Positions 1 to 12,870 of a DNA stretch of 64,000 nucleotides are shown one piece after another. Made by a program: the position numbers and the translations under genes. Source of the stretch: Phoronis australis (Eukaryota > Animalia > Phoronida). Where the stretch lies: positions 1 to 64,000 of the forward strand of contig NMRA01000600.1 of the NCBI GenBank assembly GCA_002633005.1, written 5' to 3'. Numbering within the stretch: position 1 is the first letter of the stretch; each line of letters starts with the position of its first letter. Below the pieces are notes generated by a model. It had not been told where the DNA came from. It did no database searches and worked only from the letters and a program-made list of their open reading frames with translations.

Positions 1-385
1 GTTCTATAAAATTGAAACCGAAAGCACATTGTTCTTGGTGGCGTGCAGCTTTGAATTGACATTGACGATTTTTATTCTGGGTACTCCAGTGTCTTACTAT
101 TAAATAAGAATTAACTCTGGTGCGATTTTTGGGGCGGCTTTTTCAAAACTGTCTGTAGATTTCATAACTTGTGTAACTGAATCTTCTGCACAGAAAGTGA
201 ATATTATACATTCGACAACTTGCACTGAAGTGTGTAGTTGTAATACAAATTCCTTGATATTTGGATATTTTGTAAAGAAATATATTTGTATTTTGCACAC
301 GTGGCAACAAATCTAATTGGCAAAAATATGCCCCCTCCCCTTAAGCAATTTTATTCTTTTGCCAATTTTGTACTGAATATTGTCA

Positions 386-795
386 AAAATTCTACTCCAT
401 TATCCAAAAGACGTATATCAAAACGTCACCTTGACTGAACCGTTGGCTTTTGTTTAGCCAGGCTAGCCAGCTGGCTTTGTACCAAGCCCAAGGCTAGCTT
501 TCATTAAGCCTACGCTAAGTCGACTTATGAGGGAATCACCGTACACGACCCAGTTCTTGAAATGATAGCCAGTTGAAGAAGTGAATATTAGAAAATTCTA
601 CTCCATTATCCAAAAGACGTATATCAAAACGTCACCTTGACTGAACCGTTGGCTTTTGTTTAGCCAGGCTAACCAGCTGGCTTTGTACCAAGGCTAGCTT
701 TCATTAAGCCTACGCTACGTCGACTTATGAGCGAATCACCGTACACGACCCAGTTCTTGAAATGATAGCCAGTTGAAGAAGTGAATATTAGAAAT
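386..795. repeat. Tandem direct duplication, ~206 bp x2
   Basis: AAAATTCTACTCCATTATCC...GTGAATATTAGAAA occurs at ~386 and ~592. The second copy has a 6-bp deletion and a few substitutions, and no N separates the copies. Confidence 0.9.
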
Positions 796-1118
796 TGCTT
801 AATACATTATCAAACTACATGTAGCAAGAATTTCAAACATAATCGCAACTTTCGTCGATTGACTAGGAAACCGAGTCTGGCGGGGCCTGCTAATGATCAC
901 TAAACACTGCTTGGTGCTATTGTATTAACAACAACCGATTCTACGCGAAGTAAAAACAACAAATAAACATTGTTCTACTGATTATTAAATAAATACCATG
1001 TATCCGTACATAAATAAGAGCCAAATTTCGAAGGAAATCGCTGTACAAACGAACGCTATCGACTTTTCCGGTTTGGGTAAACTGTTTAATTTTACCTCCA
1101 ATGCTGGAGAGCTTCATA

Positions 1119-1585
1119 GAATTGCCCAAAATTCTTCGTATTTGGCGGCATTTCACAGGAACTGTGAAGAAACTCCCACAGATTTGACGATGGAATATTT
1201 TTAATTTACCTTATTTTGGTAGAAAAAAATATCTCACTTTAAATAGTTAGGTACTACTTTCTAATAAAAGCCATTTGAAATTCCACACTTACTACCCATT
1301 TCCCTATTGGAATACATGGGAATATTGGATGTGCTGTAATCCATACAAAAANGAATTGCCCAAAATTCTGCGTATTTGGCGGCATTTCACAGGAACTGTG
1401 AAGAAACTCCCACAGATTTGACGATGGATTATTTTTAATTTACCTTATATTGGTAGAAAAAAATATCTCACTTTAAATAGTTAGGAACTTCTTTCTAATA
1501 AAAGCCTTTTGAAATTCCACACTTACTACCCATTTCCCTATTGGAATACATGGGAATATTGGATGTGCTGTAATCCATACAAAAA
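1119..1585. other. Duplicated ~233 bp around single N (1352); probable unmerged haplotype overlap
   Basis: 1119-1351 is nearly identical to 1353-1585, with a few SNPs, and the two are separated by one N. Confidence 0.85.
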
Positions 1586-1996
1586 CATTTTTTTGATTTT
1601 TAAAATAACTTTTTATTTTATTGTTTGGTATCCTTAAAAAAAAACCCATTGACAAAATCCATGAATTTTAACATGCCTCCGCCGACCTCTGCAGGTTTTC
1701 TCAGATAATGCCTCTTAATTACTTTTCTAATATCAATTGGAGAGATTGGTTCAAAATCAAATCTGCATGTAGCAGCAGAGTCACTATCTAAAAAGACATG
1801 TGTGACATACTTGACGAATGAATAGGTAGGGAGTGTGAGGCAATATTACTAAAATAATTATTAAAATGATTAACAATCTCACCCTCGTCACAAACTATTT
1901 CATCATCTATCTTCAATCTAGTAGGATTATTCGATAAGACATTTCTATTCAGTAAATTATTAATTTCTTTCCAAGTGTCCTTGGGAGAACCAGCAA

Positions 1997-2220
1997 ATAA
2001 ACTTAAGTTTCAAGTAATAACTTAAGTTTTTTGAACTAACAAAACTTATTTTTTTCAGATAACTTAAGTTGATCACAAAACTTAAGTTTTTCCAATTATA
2101 GAAACTTAAGTTTTCCTGACTTCTTAAGTTTTTCAGAAAACTGGATTTTTTCATGTGTGGAAAACTTGAATTTTCTAAAAACACTAAGGTTTCTAAGTGA
2201 TGAAATTTACGTTTTCTAGT
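1997..2220. repeat. Degenerate array of the palindrome AAACTTAAGTTT
   Basis: About 10-11 copies spaced roughly every 20 bp, decaying toward the right. Confidence 0.75.
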
Positions 2221-3403
2221 TTTTAAAATTTGAATATAGTGAGATATTTTTTAATTTTTGGTTAAAAAATTTTCCCATTATTTTCCAACAAAAAATAATT
2301 ATTTGCTGATGCAAAACCCATCATCTCATAAAAATGTTGCCCAAATGTTTCCTTAGCATTTATATAGATACAAAAGGTAAAAGGACGAAAGTTTAACCAG
2401 TACTGATTTAGTGCAATTACGTAATCATTATTGCGCGTGAATTTAAATGTAGACGAACATCCGGTGACCAACAGCAGTAAGAATGCACCCAGTGTTAATC
2501 CCCTGAGACACTGACTTGGTCAGTACAATCTAATCAATAGAACTCATGCAATTCTTAAAAAAACGTAGTTATTGTGCAAGTTTCCTTTGTGTTNCCCCAT
2601 TGACAAAATCCATGAATTTTAACATGCCTCCGCCGACCTCTGCAGGTTTTCTCAGATAATGCCTCTTAATAACCTCTGAAAAGCAGAAATGCTCCTTGGT
2701 CACTCTGTTATAAAACTAGACAAGGTGCGCGTCAGGTGGTATGATGTCATATCTTTAGAGTGTGCTATGTAAAAATGTCGAGTTTCCGGTTTCAGGAACT
2801 GAAAGAAGGAGTATTTTTGAGTTCTCAGTAATTGAAAACATCGACGGCTCCTAAGTTGGCCATCTTTGCGCAAAATGTACTTATAACAACATGACTTTTG
2901 TGTTTAAATCAGTGAGAGGCAAAATTTGACGAAAAGCTCCCATATGAGTTTCACCGTCTCTCCTGGCTAGATAGACGGTGGTAATTGTCTAGGATCGAAG
3001 GTCATGTCTATTGTTATATTTCCTAACATCACCAAGCTGTTTAATCAGCTAGTATTGACAACCACCAAGCCTGTGAACGTGTAACGAGCAAAATACTGCA
3101 TTGCGACTTGTTAAAACCTCCTTCAGGTTTACCACGGGCGATGACCGATTTATGCTTTTACGCTTGTTTTCATAAATAAGGACAATAAGGTTAACGTCGA
3201 CGTTTGCAACTGGAATTCTCAGGCGAATTCTTTTAAATAAAATGTGATTGGACAGATTTGTCACTATGATTGTTATTCAGCGCAATCTGTCTGCTTCTGT
3301 TATTTGTAATATAACTCAAAATGTATGCGAGGTGCTACCAGAAATTTCCGGCAATGTGAACATAGATAAAAATTGACTGACTCGCTAGATGTATATAGAT
3401 ATC

Positions 3404-3478
3404 GGGTTCTCAGTAGCTCATGGATAAGAGCAGTAGACCGGCAATCTAGTGACCTGTGGTTCGATTCCACATTGGGCT
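3404..3478 (+). pseudogene. tRNA-like sequence (tRNA pseudogene or tRNA-derived SINE head)
   Basis: A-box TAGCTCATGG, anticodon-like stem TAGA/TCTA and B-box GGTTCGATTCC with GTGG/CCAC T-stem. The acceptor stem is poor. Confidence 0.6.
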
Positions 3479-3724
3479 TCCTGATTTGTCTATGTTTATT
3501 TGATAAATTAGACTATTGGCCATCCTCATCAACTATATATGTACGATGCCTGTTGTTCGCCTCCAACAAACTTTGTAATCAGCACTGTCTTGATTAGACT
3601 TAGGTTTTACTGGCTGACATATCTTTGCAACAGCTATTTTGTCGATGCATTGCTGACCAAGAATGGTATGAAAAAGAATGTTGGAGAGCCAGTCTACTTT
3701 GTGAATCGAGTAGTCAGAACTTAC

Positions 3725-3901
3725 AATTGCAAGCTTTGTAACACCATCGAGTTGAAGTGTCAGTCGCGTTCTTGTAATACGTGGCGGTATCCTTCCCCAA
3801 GGAACAAATGTCGTCCAAGCACTTCCTAGTCCTCACTCTGACACCCTGACCGCAACGAGCAAACGCAGTGCACTCACTCGCGGTGTTCCAAATTTCCCAA
3901 C
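3725..3901 (-). CDS. Internal exon encoding a thrombospondin type-1 (TSP1) repeat
   Basis: TGCAG acceptor and GTAAGT donor; 177 nt, phase 1-1. Translates GWEIWNTASECTAFARCGQGVRVRTRKC...WCYKACN, with the WxxW, CxxxCGxG and RxRxRxC hallmarks. Confidence 0.85.
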
Positions 3902-4619
3902 CTGCAATACATACAGTTGTAACATGGGGTATAAACTCCACACCAAAATCGAACCGTTATGCTCACTCTTTTCAAAGCATACTTACAGTTATCAACGGTT
4001 CATTTTTGTTAGTCTCTTGGACAAGGAATGACCTGGACTGTGGGACAACTGAAACGTCGTTATTTTCAAGACCCTGTTCACTAACAAATTTGTTGACACC
4101 AGCTTTTCTTTCTCATGCAAACCTTGTCTGGCAACTCGGTCGTATTTTAGAAGCCCTAGGAATAAGTATTGGGCGGCAATGAACAAGTTTTCTATCAAAC
4201 AATAGTTCAATTCGTCTGCGGTGGCTCAAAAGTCAAATACACCAGTCCTCCGTTAGCTAAGCTGGCGCTTAAATCACTTGTTCAAGAGATGCTTGTACTG
4301 CGTGCAAAAAAGCTAAATGAAACTGACCGTTACTGCAAGTTGTATTTACGTGTCAGCAAAGCTTATACAGTGAGACTTATTGAGTTGATCTTTAATACAC
4401 TTTCGAGGTCCATGCCCAACGGTAATGATTTTCGTGTAACCGGGACCGGTAGAATTATAAAAGATCAGCAGCAACAACAGAAAAAGACAAGTGGGGAAGC
4501 CCATTGCGATAGTATCCAGACCCACGACATCTAAACGAGTTCAAGTCAAACCACGGCAAAACAGTAGTATAGCATATACATGTAGTCTACTCCCATCGAT
4601 GCTGAATAGGTCCACCCAA

Positions 4620-6818
4620 TCCAGTTCGTTCGAATTCTCCATAGCTCATTAGAATATCAATGCGTAGTCGGTTCACAATAATGCTTTGCAAAACTAGCAA
4701 TCTGCCAATTTAACTGTGATGTTGTTTCCCTGAATGAGACACATTTATGTTCTAACGATATCATCCAAGTCGGGGGTTGTTGGTATGCTTATAAAACACC
4801 GTTTGTTTGATAAATTTAATATAAGTGTTATTGATAAGGCCTTTGATGGTGGCATTCTAGGGGTAAAATTTACAAGTATATTATGTCTGAAACTTCTTTG
4901 ATAGTTTATACATGGCACTTGCCTCCCGACGATTCAAATGGAAGTAAGAACCTTGATGACATTTATTCTCATCTCACCAACCAATTGTATAACTTTGGTG
5001 ATGTTGACAATTTCTTCATTTGTGGGGACTTTAACGCATCAGTCATTTGTTGACATATTAATTAAGGAAATGGATTACTTGCTGGATTACAAGGATTATT
5101 ATCCGAGTCGTAAACTAAGAAGGTATTTTAAAAGGAATCAGCCTTACTGGAATTCGGAACTTAGTGGTTTGTGGGAAATTTTAAGACAGTGAGAAACAAT
5201 TTTCATGTCAAAGAGGACGCGGGAGCTGGTCACATCGTAAACAAATATTCCTGTCTGCTCAATATAAATTTGACAAGAAACTAAATTGCGCAAAATGCTC
5301 ATGCCAGTTAAAGGTTCAGATTGAAATTGAGAATCGGAATATTGAAAATCCTTAGGATTTCTGGGCATATATTAAGAAACTGGGTCCAAAACAGTTTAGC
5401 GAAGTTCCCCTGGAAATCGGAGTCAATGGAAAAATGATTACAAACAATATTTTAAATGCACTTCTGAAAATTGTACATCATTTGATGAATAATTGTACTA
5501 GAAAACCTTGAATTTGCACAAGCAGCTAAAAAATGATTGTTGTAATACTACTGAACATGGCTCAAATTGTGAAGTCTGCATTGATGAGGTTAGAAATTTT
5601 GTTATGAAAACAAAGAATAACAAAGCTGTCGGCTATGACCGTATACCTTATGAGGTGTTAAGATTCGAATATATTGTTGTTTTTCTAACCCAGTTGTTCA
5701 ACGAATCTTTTAAACATGGACTAATGCCCTCTGACTGGTATAAGGCAATTATAATCCTGATAACCTAAGAATTCTACAAACGACCCCCTAGATTACCTTT
5801 GAGCTACCGTGGGATTAGTCTTCTTTCCACTATTTATAAAGTCTTCAGTGCTGTGATGAATAATAGAATTTTGGGTTTCTATGAACAGAACAATATTTAA
5901 GTTGACGAGCAAAATGATTTTCGAAGCCAACGGTCCTCCGTGGTTCACTTATATGTCCTTTCATAAATTATTCAAACAAGAAAGTCGTCTAACCTTTCGA
6001 CATTTGTGACATTCGTGGATACGAAAAAAGTTTTTCACTGGACAAACCATGAACTTCTCTTTTATAAATTACTACGAAATAATATTAATGGTAGAATGTA
6101 TGATGCGATTCGTATGATTTACAGAAGTCCGTTGAACTGTATACGATTAAATGGCACTCTGTATAGTGGTTGGTTCACTCCTGAAAATGCTGTCCGTCAG
6201 GGGGACGTTTTATCACCGACACTCTATGCATTATTTATAAACGATTTAGCTCTGGATATTAACAAACTGGGTAAAGGTGTCCAATGTGGCCCGAACAATA
6301 ATTCAGTGCATCTTTATGCCGAGGATATTGCACTTTTGTCTGAGAATGAAGATGACACGCAAGATATGTTGAAGGTTCTAAACAACTGGTGTACATGTAC
6401 ATGTAAAAGGTGGAGTATGGTTGTGGACATGGCGAAAACTAATGTTGTCCATTTTCGAGCTAAGTCTATGCCTAGAAGCAATTTTGAGTTCATTTTGAAG
6501 AGTGTCATCAGTTATAAATTCTCATACAAATATTTAGGCTGTATTCTGGATCAACACCTTGACTTCAAAGAAAATTTGAATGAATACGTTATCTGAAGCT
6601 TGTGGTAGAACGTTAGGAAGGATATGCTCAACATTCCGAAATAACAAGAATCTAGGATTCGAAACGTTTAAAACATTATTTAATTAGTGTGCATTTCAAC
6701 AATTTTGATAATTTCGGGTCATCCGTTTGGGATTACAAAAATTTTGGTAATGATGAAATATTCAAAACAGAGCTATGCGTTTGTATTTAGGGGTCAACCG
6801 ATTTACAGCCTCTCTTGC
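4620..6818 (+). mobile_element. Degraded non-LTR retrotransposon ORF2, 5' part (APE endonuclease + RT; RTE-X/CR1-like, clade uncertain)
   Basis: Remnant motifs LNETHL, ICGDFN, KAVGYD, SYRGISLL, FVDTKK, VRQGDVLSPTLY, LYAEDI and YKYLG, with many stops and frameshifts. Confidence 0.85.
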
Positions 6819-7091
6819 TGTTGTGTACTTAGTCACACAATAACAGGATGTTTGTAGGTTGTTATTGTTTATGCGTTTGGTAGTTTAATTGGTATTGTGT
6901 CATGCGATTCCTAGTATAGGAAGTGTGTCATAGGTAACGCATCATATGTTGTTATGTAGTTGTGTGTATATATATTGTTATGATGTGTAGAATAAATCAG
7001 TTCAGTGTTCAGTTCAATTCTGTTCGTTTCACTGCATAGTTAATGGAGTGTCTACTTTATTTGACAAAGTAAGATACACAGTGGCGACGAG

Positions 7092-9294
7092 ATGACTGCG
7101 AGCTCACAAAGTTACCTGCCCCCGTTTTCCAGTGAATATGATGGTAGCAAGGAGTGGGAATGCTACTTGGAAATGTTTGAACTGTTTCTACAAGTGAATG
7201 GGAAAACAGATTTCACGAAGAAGCAAGTGGCAGCAATGTTCTTGCATTCCATTGGCAAGAAGTATTATGGAATGGTACGGGATCTGGTTAGCCCAGCCAA
7301 ACCCAACCAGAAGACATACGGAGAGTTAAAGGAAACTGACGAAACACTTGGCAGGACCACGGCTGACAATTGCGGAAAGGAGAAAGTTTATCAAACGAGA
7401 CCAAAATAGAGGTGAGTCGATTACGGACTATGTAGTCGCGCTCAAACACCTCAGTCTTACCTGCAAGTTTGGTGATAAACTGGACGAGCAATTGAGGGAC
7501 AGACTTATTAGCGGAATTGCTAATGAGCAGACTTGGCTCAAGTTGCTTGAGAAGTCAAGGGAAAAGGAACTGACGTTTAATGAAACTGTCGAGTTCGCCT
7601 TAGCCAGAGAAAATACTTTCATGGAAAACAAAACCATGAAAGGTGAAATAGCTTCCACTAACGTAAAGGTGGTAAAGGTCAAAAGGAAAAATGGGGACCA
7701 GAAAAGCCGGCGAGTTGACAATCCAAAGGCAAGACCAAAGGGGAAAACCAGTACAGAGTGCTACAGATGTGCCAAGCCCTCACACCATCCAGATGCATGT
7801 TGGTTCAAGAATTCAACGTGTCACAAGTGTAAGAAAAAGGGGCACATTAAAGTTGCATGTGGGAGACAGCCTAGCACGAGGCGTATACTCCAAGCTGGAG
7901 GCGACCCAAACGACAGCGAGGACAGCGACACAGAATATAGCGTAAACAACACGGGAACAGATGACGCTATCTACGTAACACTAAATGTTGGTGGTCATTA
8001 TCTAGAGATGGAAATGGACACTGGCAGCCATGACTCCATCATACCATATGATTTGTATGTAAGTCTGTTTGAAAACCAAATTGAATTGAAACCATCTAAG
8101 CGAGTGTTTACAAGTTTCACGGGTGAGATTGTTAAACCTGTAGGTAAGTTTCTTGTACATGTCCAGTACGAAGATCAGTCCTGTGATCTGTGGTTGCATG
8201 TTGTCAAGCAGTGTAAACATAATTTACTAGGCAGGTCATGGTTAACTCATCTGAAACTCAATTGGGGTGACTTACTGTCTAATAGGAAACATGTGCTGTC
8301 TGTCAACAGAGTTCATTCACTTGAGCTAGTGTTAAACAAACATAGTGATTTGTTTGAAAACAAATTAGGCACTTTGAAGAATATTAAGGCCGATGTTCAG
8401 TTGAAGGAAGGGAGCATGCCTGTAAGAAGTAAACCGTATAGGGTGCCATTTGCGGTCAAACCGAAAGTTGATGAAGAACTAGATAGACTAGTTAAATGTG
8501 GCGTTCTTACACCTGTTGAACATAGTGATTGGAGCACAAGCATTGTCACTGTTCAGAAATCTGATGGTTCTGTGAGAATATGCGGAAATTACAAAACTAC
8601 TGTAAATCCGAATCTCAAACCAGTGGCACCGCCCAATATCAATATTGAGGAAATTTTGGCTAATTTGAGAGGAGGGGTCAGTTTTTCGAAATTGGATCTA
8701 GCTCATGCGTACAATCAAATGGAGCTTACTGACGAATCAAAAAAGTATTTGACAATTGCGACACACAAAGGGTTGTTCACTCAGAATCGTCTTGTTTTCG
8801 GAATCACTAGTGCACCCTCTCTATGGCAAAATGCAGTTGAACAAGTGTTACAAGGCTTGTCAGGAGTACAAGTTTACCTGGATGACATATTGGTTACAGG
8901 TAAATCTTACGAAGAGCATTTGGAAAATTTAGACAAAGTTCTAGATCGATTGAAAGAATATGGGTTGAGATTGAGAAAATCCAAATGTGAATTCATGAAG
9001 GATTCAGTAGAGTACTTGGGCCACGTTATTGACAAAACTGGAGTTCATAAATCTAAGAAAAAGGTCGATTTGATTATGAACATGCCATTACCAAAAGATG
9101 TGTCTGTTCTAAGAAGTTATTTGGGTCTTCTAAATTACTACAGACGCTACATAAGAGATATGTCCACAGTTATTGCACCTTTGACTGCAATGTTGCAGAA
9201 ATCCACTAAGTTTGAGTGGACAGCCAAAGCTAAAAAAAGCTTTTCAAAAGTCAAAAAACGCATTGAAAGAATCTGGATTTCTGGTTCATTTTAA
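7092..9294 (+). CDS. Gypsy gag-protease-RT (frameshift near 7345)
   Basis: Two zinc knuckles (CYRCAKPSHHPDAC, CHKCKKKGHIKVAC), protease MDTGS, RT FSKLDLAHAY and YLDD. Confidence 0.92.
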
Positions 9295-11163
9295 CTCAGA
9301 ATTACCAGTAACCGTGGCAACAGATGCATCTCCTGAAGGTGTAGGTGCGGTATTGTCGCACATTGTTGATGGTGAAGAAAGACCTATTCAATTTGCTTCA
9401 CGTAGTCTGAGTAAAACAGAGAGGAAATACCCTCAAATTGAAAGAGAAGCATTGGCGATAATCTTTGCTATGAAACGGTTCTATCCGTATTTGTATGGTC
9501 GGAAATGTACACTGATTACTGACAACAAACCACTTGTTGCAATTTTAGTCAAAAAACCGACTTACCAATTTTAGCAGCAGAAAGAATGCAACGATGGGCA
9601 ATGTATTTGTCTGGATTCAACTACGATATCAAATTTCGTAATAGCAAATCCAACGCCAACGCGGACTGTTTATCTAGATTACCAGCTGAAGAATGTCAAC
9701 AAGCTGAAAATGAATATGAGCCAACTTATGCTCAGGTATTCCATGTTGATATTTTGCCTGTGGAAAATAACCTTATAAAACGGGAAACGCGGAATGATCC
9801 TGTTTTATCAAGAGTTATGAGGTATACCATTGATGGTTGGCCAAAGAAATTGTCAGAAACTGATGAAGTATTGAAGCCTTTTTTTCTACAGGAGAAATGA
9901 GCTTACAATAGAAAATGGATGTAATAATACCGTCAAAATGTAGAAATAAGGTGTTAAATGAATTGCATTTCGGACATATTGGGGTTGTGAAAATGAAAGC
10001 TGTTGCTCGTTCATATGTATGGTGGCCAAACTTGGACAAATCCATAAAGCAAACTGCAAGAAATTGCGAGTCTTGTCAACTCATCCGAAACAATCCAACT
10101 CAAGCACCATTACATCCATGGATACCAAGTTCTCAACCATGGGAGCGTATTCATATAGATTTTGCAGGACCATACGAAAACAAAATGTTTTTCATAGTGG
10201 TAGATGCATTTTCTAGATGGCCAGAGGTTTTTATCATGAAGCGAACTACAAGTGGGAAAACGATCAGTATTCTCAATTCATTGTTTAGTAGATATGGATT
10301 TCCAAAGATCTTAGTTTCGGACAATGGTCCACAGTTCACTTCCGGTGAATTTAAGAGATTTGTAAGTGAAAAGGGGATTAATCATAAATTAAATCCACCA
10401 TTTCATCCATCTACTAATGGTCAAGCTGAAAGATTTGTACAATCATTAAAGCAAGGCTTGAAAGCTGCGAAACCTGAAAGCGGTTCGATTCAAAACAAAT
10501 TGGATAATTTTTTGTTAGCATATCGAAATGCGCCCCACAGTACCACAAATGAAACACCAGCAATGCTGTTCAAGAAGAGACGTCTAAGAAATTGTTCAGA
10601 TTTCGTGAAACCTGATTTCCAAAATCAAATGGCAGAGAAATTACACAAAATCAGGGAAGACAAAAGTAGAGGTTCTCATGTGAGAGTTTTTAATGTTGGT
10701 GATAATGTACTCGCGAGAAATTACATTGGTAAAGAGAAGTGGATACCAGGTATTATTGCATGTAAACTTGGTTCTCTGATATATGAGGTACAGGTTAACA
10801 GTGGAGTGTGGAAGACATATTGATCAATTATTGCATAGAAGTTTCAAATCTGATGTTGGTGAATCAGCTGATTGTGAAAGTGTCAAGCCTGACCACGTTG
10901 TTCTTCCAACTGTCAATGATGAAGTGTTTCCAGATGTTAGTCTTGAAGAGTCTAACCATAACAGTGATGTAAAAGTAATTGAAACTGACATGTGTAGTAA
11001 ACAATTGGTGTCTGGAAATGATGACAGAGAATTTGTTGACAGTGAAATGAGTCAATCGGAAGAGAAAGTTGTTGAATCAGATGTTACTGAGGAACCTAAT
11101 GTTGAATTAAGAAGATCAACAAGGAATAGAAAACAACCTGTTAGATCTGGATATGATGACTAA
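9212..11163 (+). pseudogene. Gypsy RNase H + integrase, frameshifted
   Basis: ATDASPEGVGAVL, EREALAI, HFGH...CESC, IHIDFAGPY, SDNGPQF, NGQAER and terminal RRSTRNRK. Split across four frames. Confidence 0.9.
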
Positions 11164-11436
11164 TATGTTAGTGTGTTTGTAATTGATATAGTGAACTTGA
11201 TTAGTTTATTTTCTTAACAAGAGCCTACTTTATATTTAGTGAGGGAGAGTGTTGTGTACTTAGTCACACAATAACAGGATGTTTGTAGGTTGTTATTGTT
11301 TATGCGTTTGGTAGTTTAATTGGTATTATGTCATGCGATTCCTAGTATAGGAAGTGTGTCATAGGTAACGCATCATATGTTGTTATGTAGTTGTGTGTAT
11401 ATATATTGTAATGATATGTAGAATAAATCAGTTCAG

Positions 11437-12050
11437 TTATTTCTATGGGAATACTCTGTTAGTAAAAAGGGTTGGATATACGGAATCAAAAATTTGTTTA
11501 CCATAACTGGCATGCAATCCTGTTTTCAAAATTTAACTACTTGTATCATAGTAGACGCTAGGAACAAACTATTTGAATACGCAAAACATGCTTGAGCTGA
11601 GTCTGTTGTAACAAAACCGAAGTTAGGAACCTACATTTTATTAAAGCACGAGTTTTTAACTGAGCCGTATGTAAAGATTAATTTATCTCGTTCCAGGCGA
11701 TCTCTTCTGGCTCAGCTTAGAGCAGGAAATCTCCCATTGCGCTTGGAAACTTGTCGTTATGTAAACACTCATGTTAGCGAAAGACTTGTGTTGGGATTCT
11801 GGTTCTGTGGAGGATGAGCTACATTTTGTGTTGATTGTTCTCTGTATAACTCAAACAAGTCTATTCAAATCGCGAACTTTGAAGACTTCAGTAGATTAGA
11901 CACTTGGATACGTTAAAACTGCTAACCCTTTGGCAATTTGCCAAATATATCAAGTCTGCTTTTGAACATAGAAACTGACGCATTTCTGGTAGGTCTACAT
12001 CTGAGTTGTGTGGTTAAAGTGAAGGTTAAGCCAAACTGGGCTGGGTACTT
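11437..12050 (+). mobile_element. 3' continuation of the LINE interrupted by the Gypsy element
   Basis: KPKLGTY..K..F..EPYV...LSRSRRSLLAQLRAGNLPLRLET.RY...EDELHF is a typical C-terminal zinc-finger region of non-LTR ORF2. Confidence 0.8.
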
Positions 12051-12123
12051 ACATGTAACTTTCTTACGAATGTTACACATATAACTGTTTGATTTAATTG
12101 TACTTGTCACTATAATAAATAGA

Positions 12124-12331
12124 TACTACTACTGCTACTGCCACTGCCACTGCCACTGCCACTGCCACTGCCACTGCCACTGCCACTGCCACTGCCACTG
12201 CCACTGCCGCTGCCGCTGCCGCTGCCACTGCCACTGCCACTGCTACTGCTACATGTACTACTGCTACTGCTACTGCTACTGCTACTGCTACTGCTACTGC
12301 TACTGCTACTGCTAATGCTACTGCTACTACT
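12124..12331. repeat. Compound hexanucleotide microsatellite (TGCCAC)n/(TACTGC)n
   Basis: Read directly from the sequence; interrupted once by TACATGTA at 12250. Confidence 0.95.
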
Positions 12332-12768
12332 ATAGTCCATGCTCTTAACCAGTGGCTCCATTGTCAACTGCAGATAATATCAGGGCTTCGAAAGGGTTGA
12401 AAGTTCGCCATTGCTTGAGACCAGGGGTAGACTTAAATAACGCTAGAATCTTCGGTGTCACCAAGCCTCCTCCATTAGTCTCAAGAAGTCGCTGATCGGT
12501 TTAGCTTATTAAGACTTGGTGAGGAGATATACCCTCTGTGCACTGAAACCTTCAAACACTCAAATCTCTGAATACTTAGATACCAGTTCTGGGAAGATTC
12601 TTGCCCTTCGTTCTTTGATGTGATCAATACGATTTTTTTTCAGAAACTATAAAGGTCTCAACGCAGATTTTTAGCTATTTTTACAGGCGCTGTTGCGACT
12701 GTTTGTGAAAGTTGTTTCCGTAATTGCTTGAAATAAAAAGTGCTCTCGTACTTATTGCTTTTTCAAGA

Positions 12769-12870
12769 GGAGGCAGTGCGACCTACCCTGTAGTGTGCCC
12801 GCTTTTTTACTCAAGGTCATAGGTTCGAGTCCCACCTAGTCACACTGCTAAGCCCTTGAGTCAAGTTTCT
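12769..12870 (+). mobile_element. tRNA-derived SINE 5' region
   Basis: GGAGGCAGTGCG..., B-box GGTTCGAGTCCC and downstream CCCTTGAGTCAAG core. A related truncated copy lies at ~49598-49655. Confidence 0.65.

Larger units (their letters stand above)
6819..11436 (+). mobile_element. Ty3/Gypsy LTR retrotransposon (Mag-like), near full length, inserted in the LINE
   Basis: 5' LTR 6819-7080 (TG...CA), PBS TGGCGACGAG ~7082, PPT AGTGAGGGAGAG 11238-11249, 3' LTR 11250-11436 (truncated). Domain order is gag-PR-RT-RH-IN. Confidence 0.95.

Noticed and set aside
100-185. Possible downstream exon EDSVTQVMKSTDSFEK...
   Set aside because: The acceptor is good, but direct splicing from TSP1 gives TAA and there is no domain evidence.
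1997-2220. CRISPR-like repeat/spacer pattern
   Set aside because: Repeats are ~12 bp and degenerate, spacers are under 12 bp, there are no cas genes, and the context is eukaryotic.
3404-3478. Functional tRNA gene
   Set aside because: The acceptor stem does not pair, the anticodon loop is non-canonical and there is no T-run terminator.
3987-4155. AG/GT-bounded segment just upstream of the TSP1 exon
   Set aside because: All three frames contain stops, and the end phase does not fit the TSP1 exon.
12110-12367. Ser/Gly-rich 85-aa ORF
   Set aside because: It is only the translation of a hexanucleotide microsatellite.
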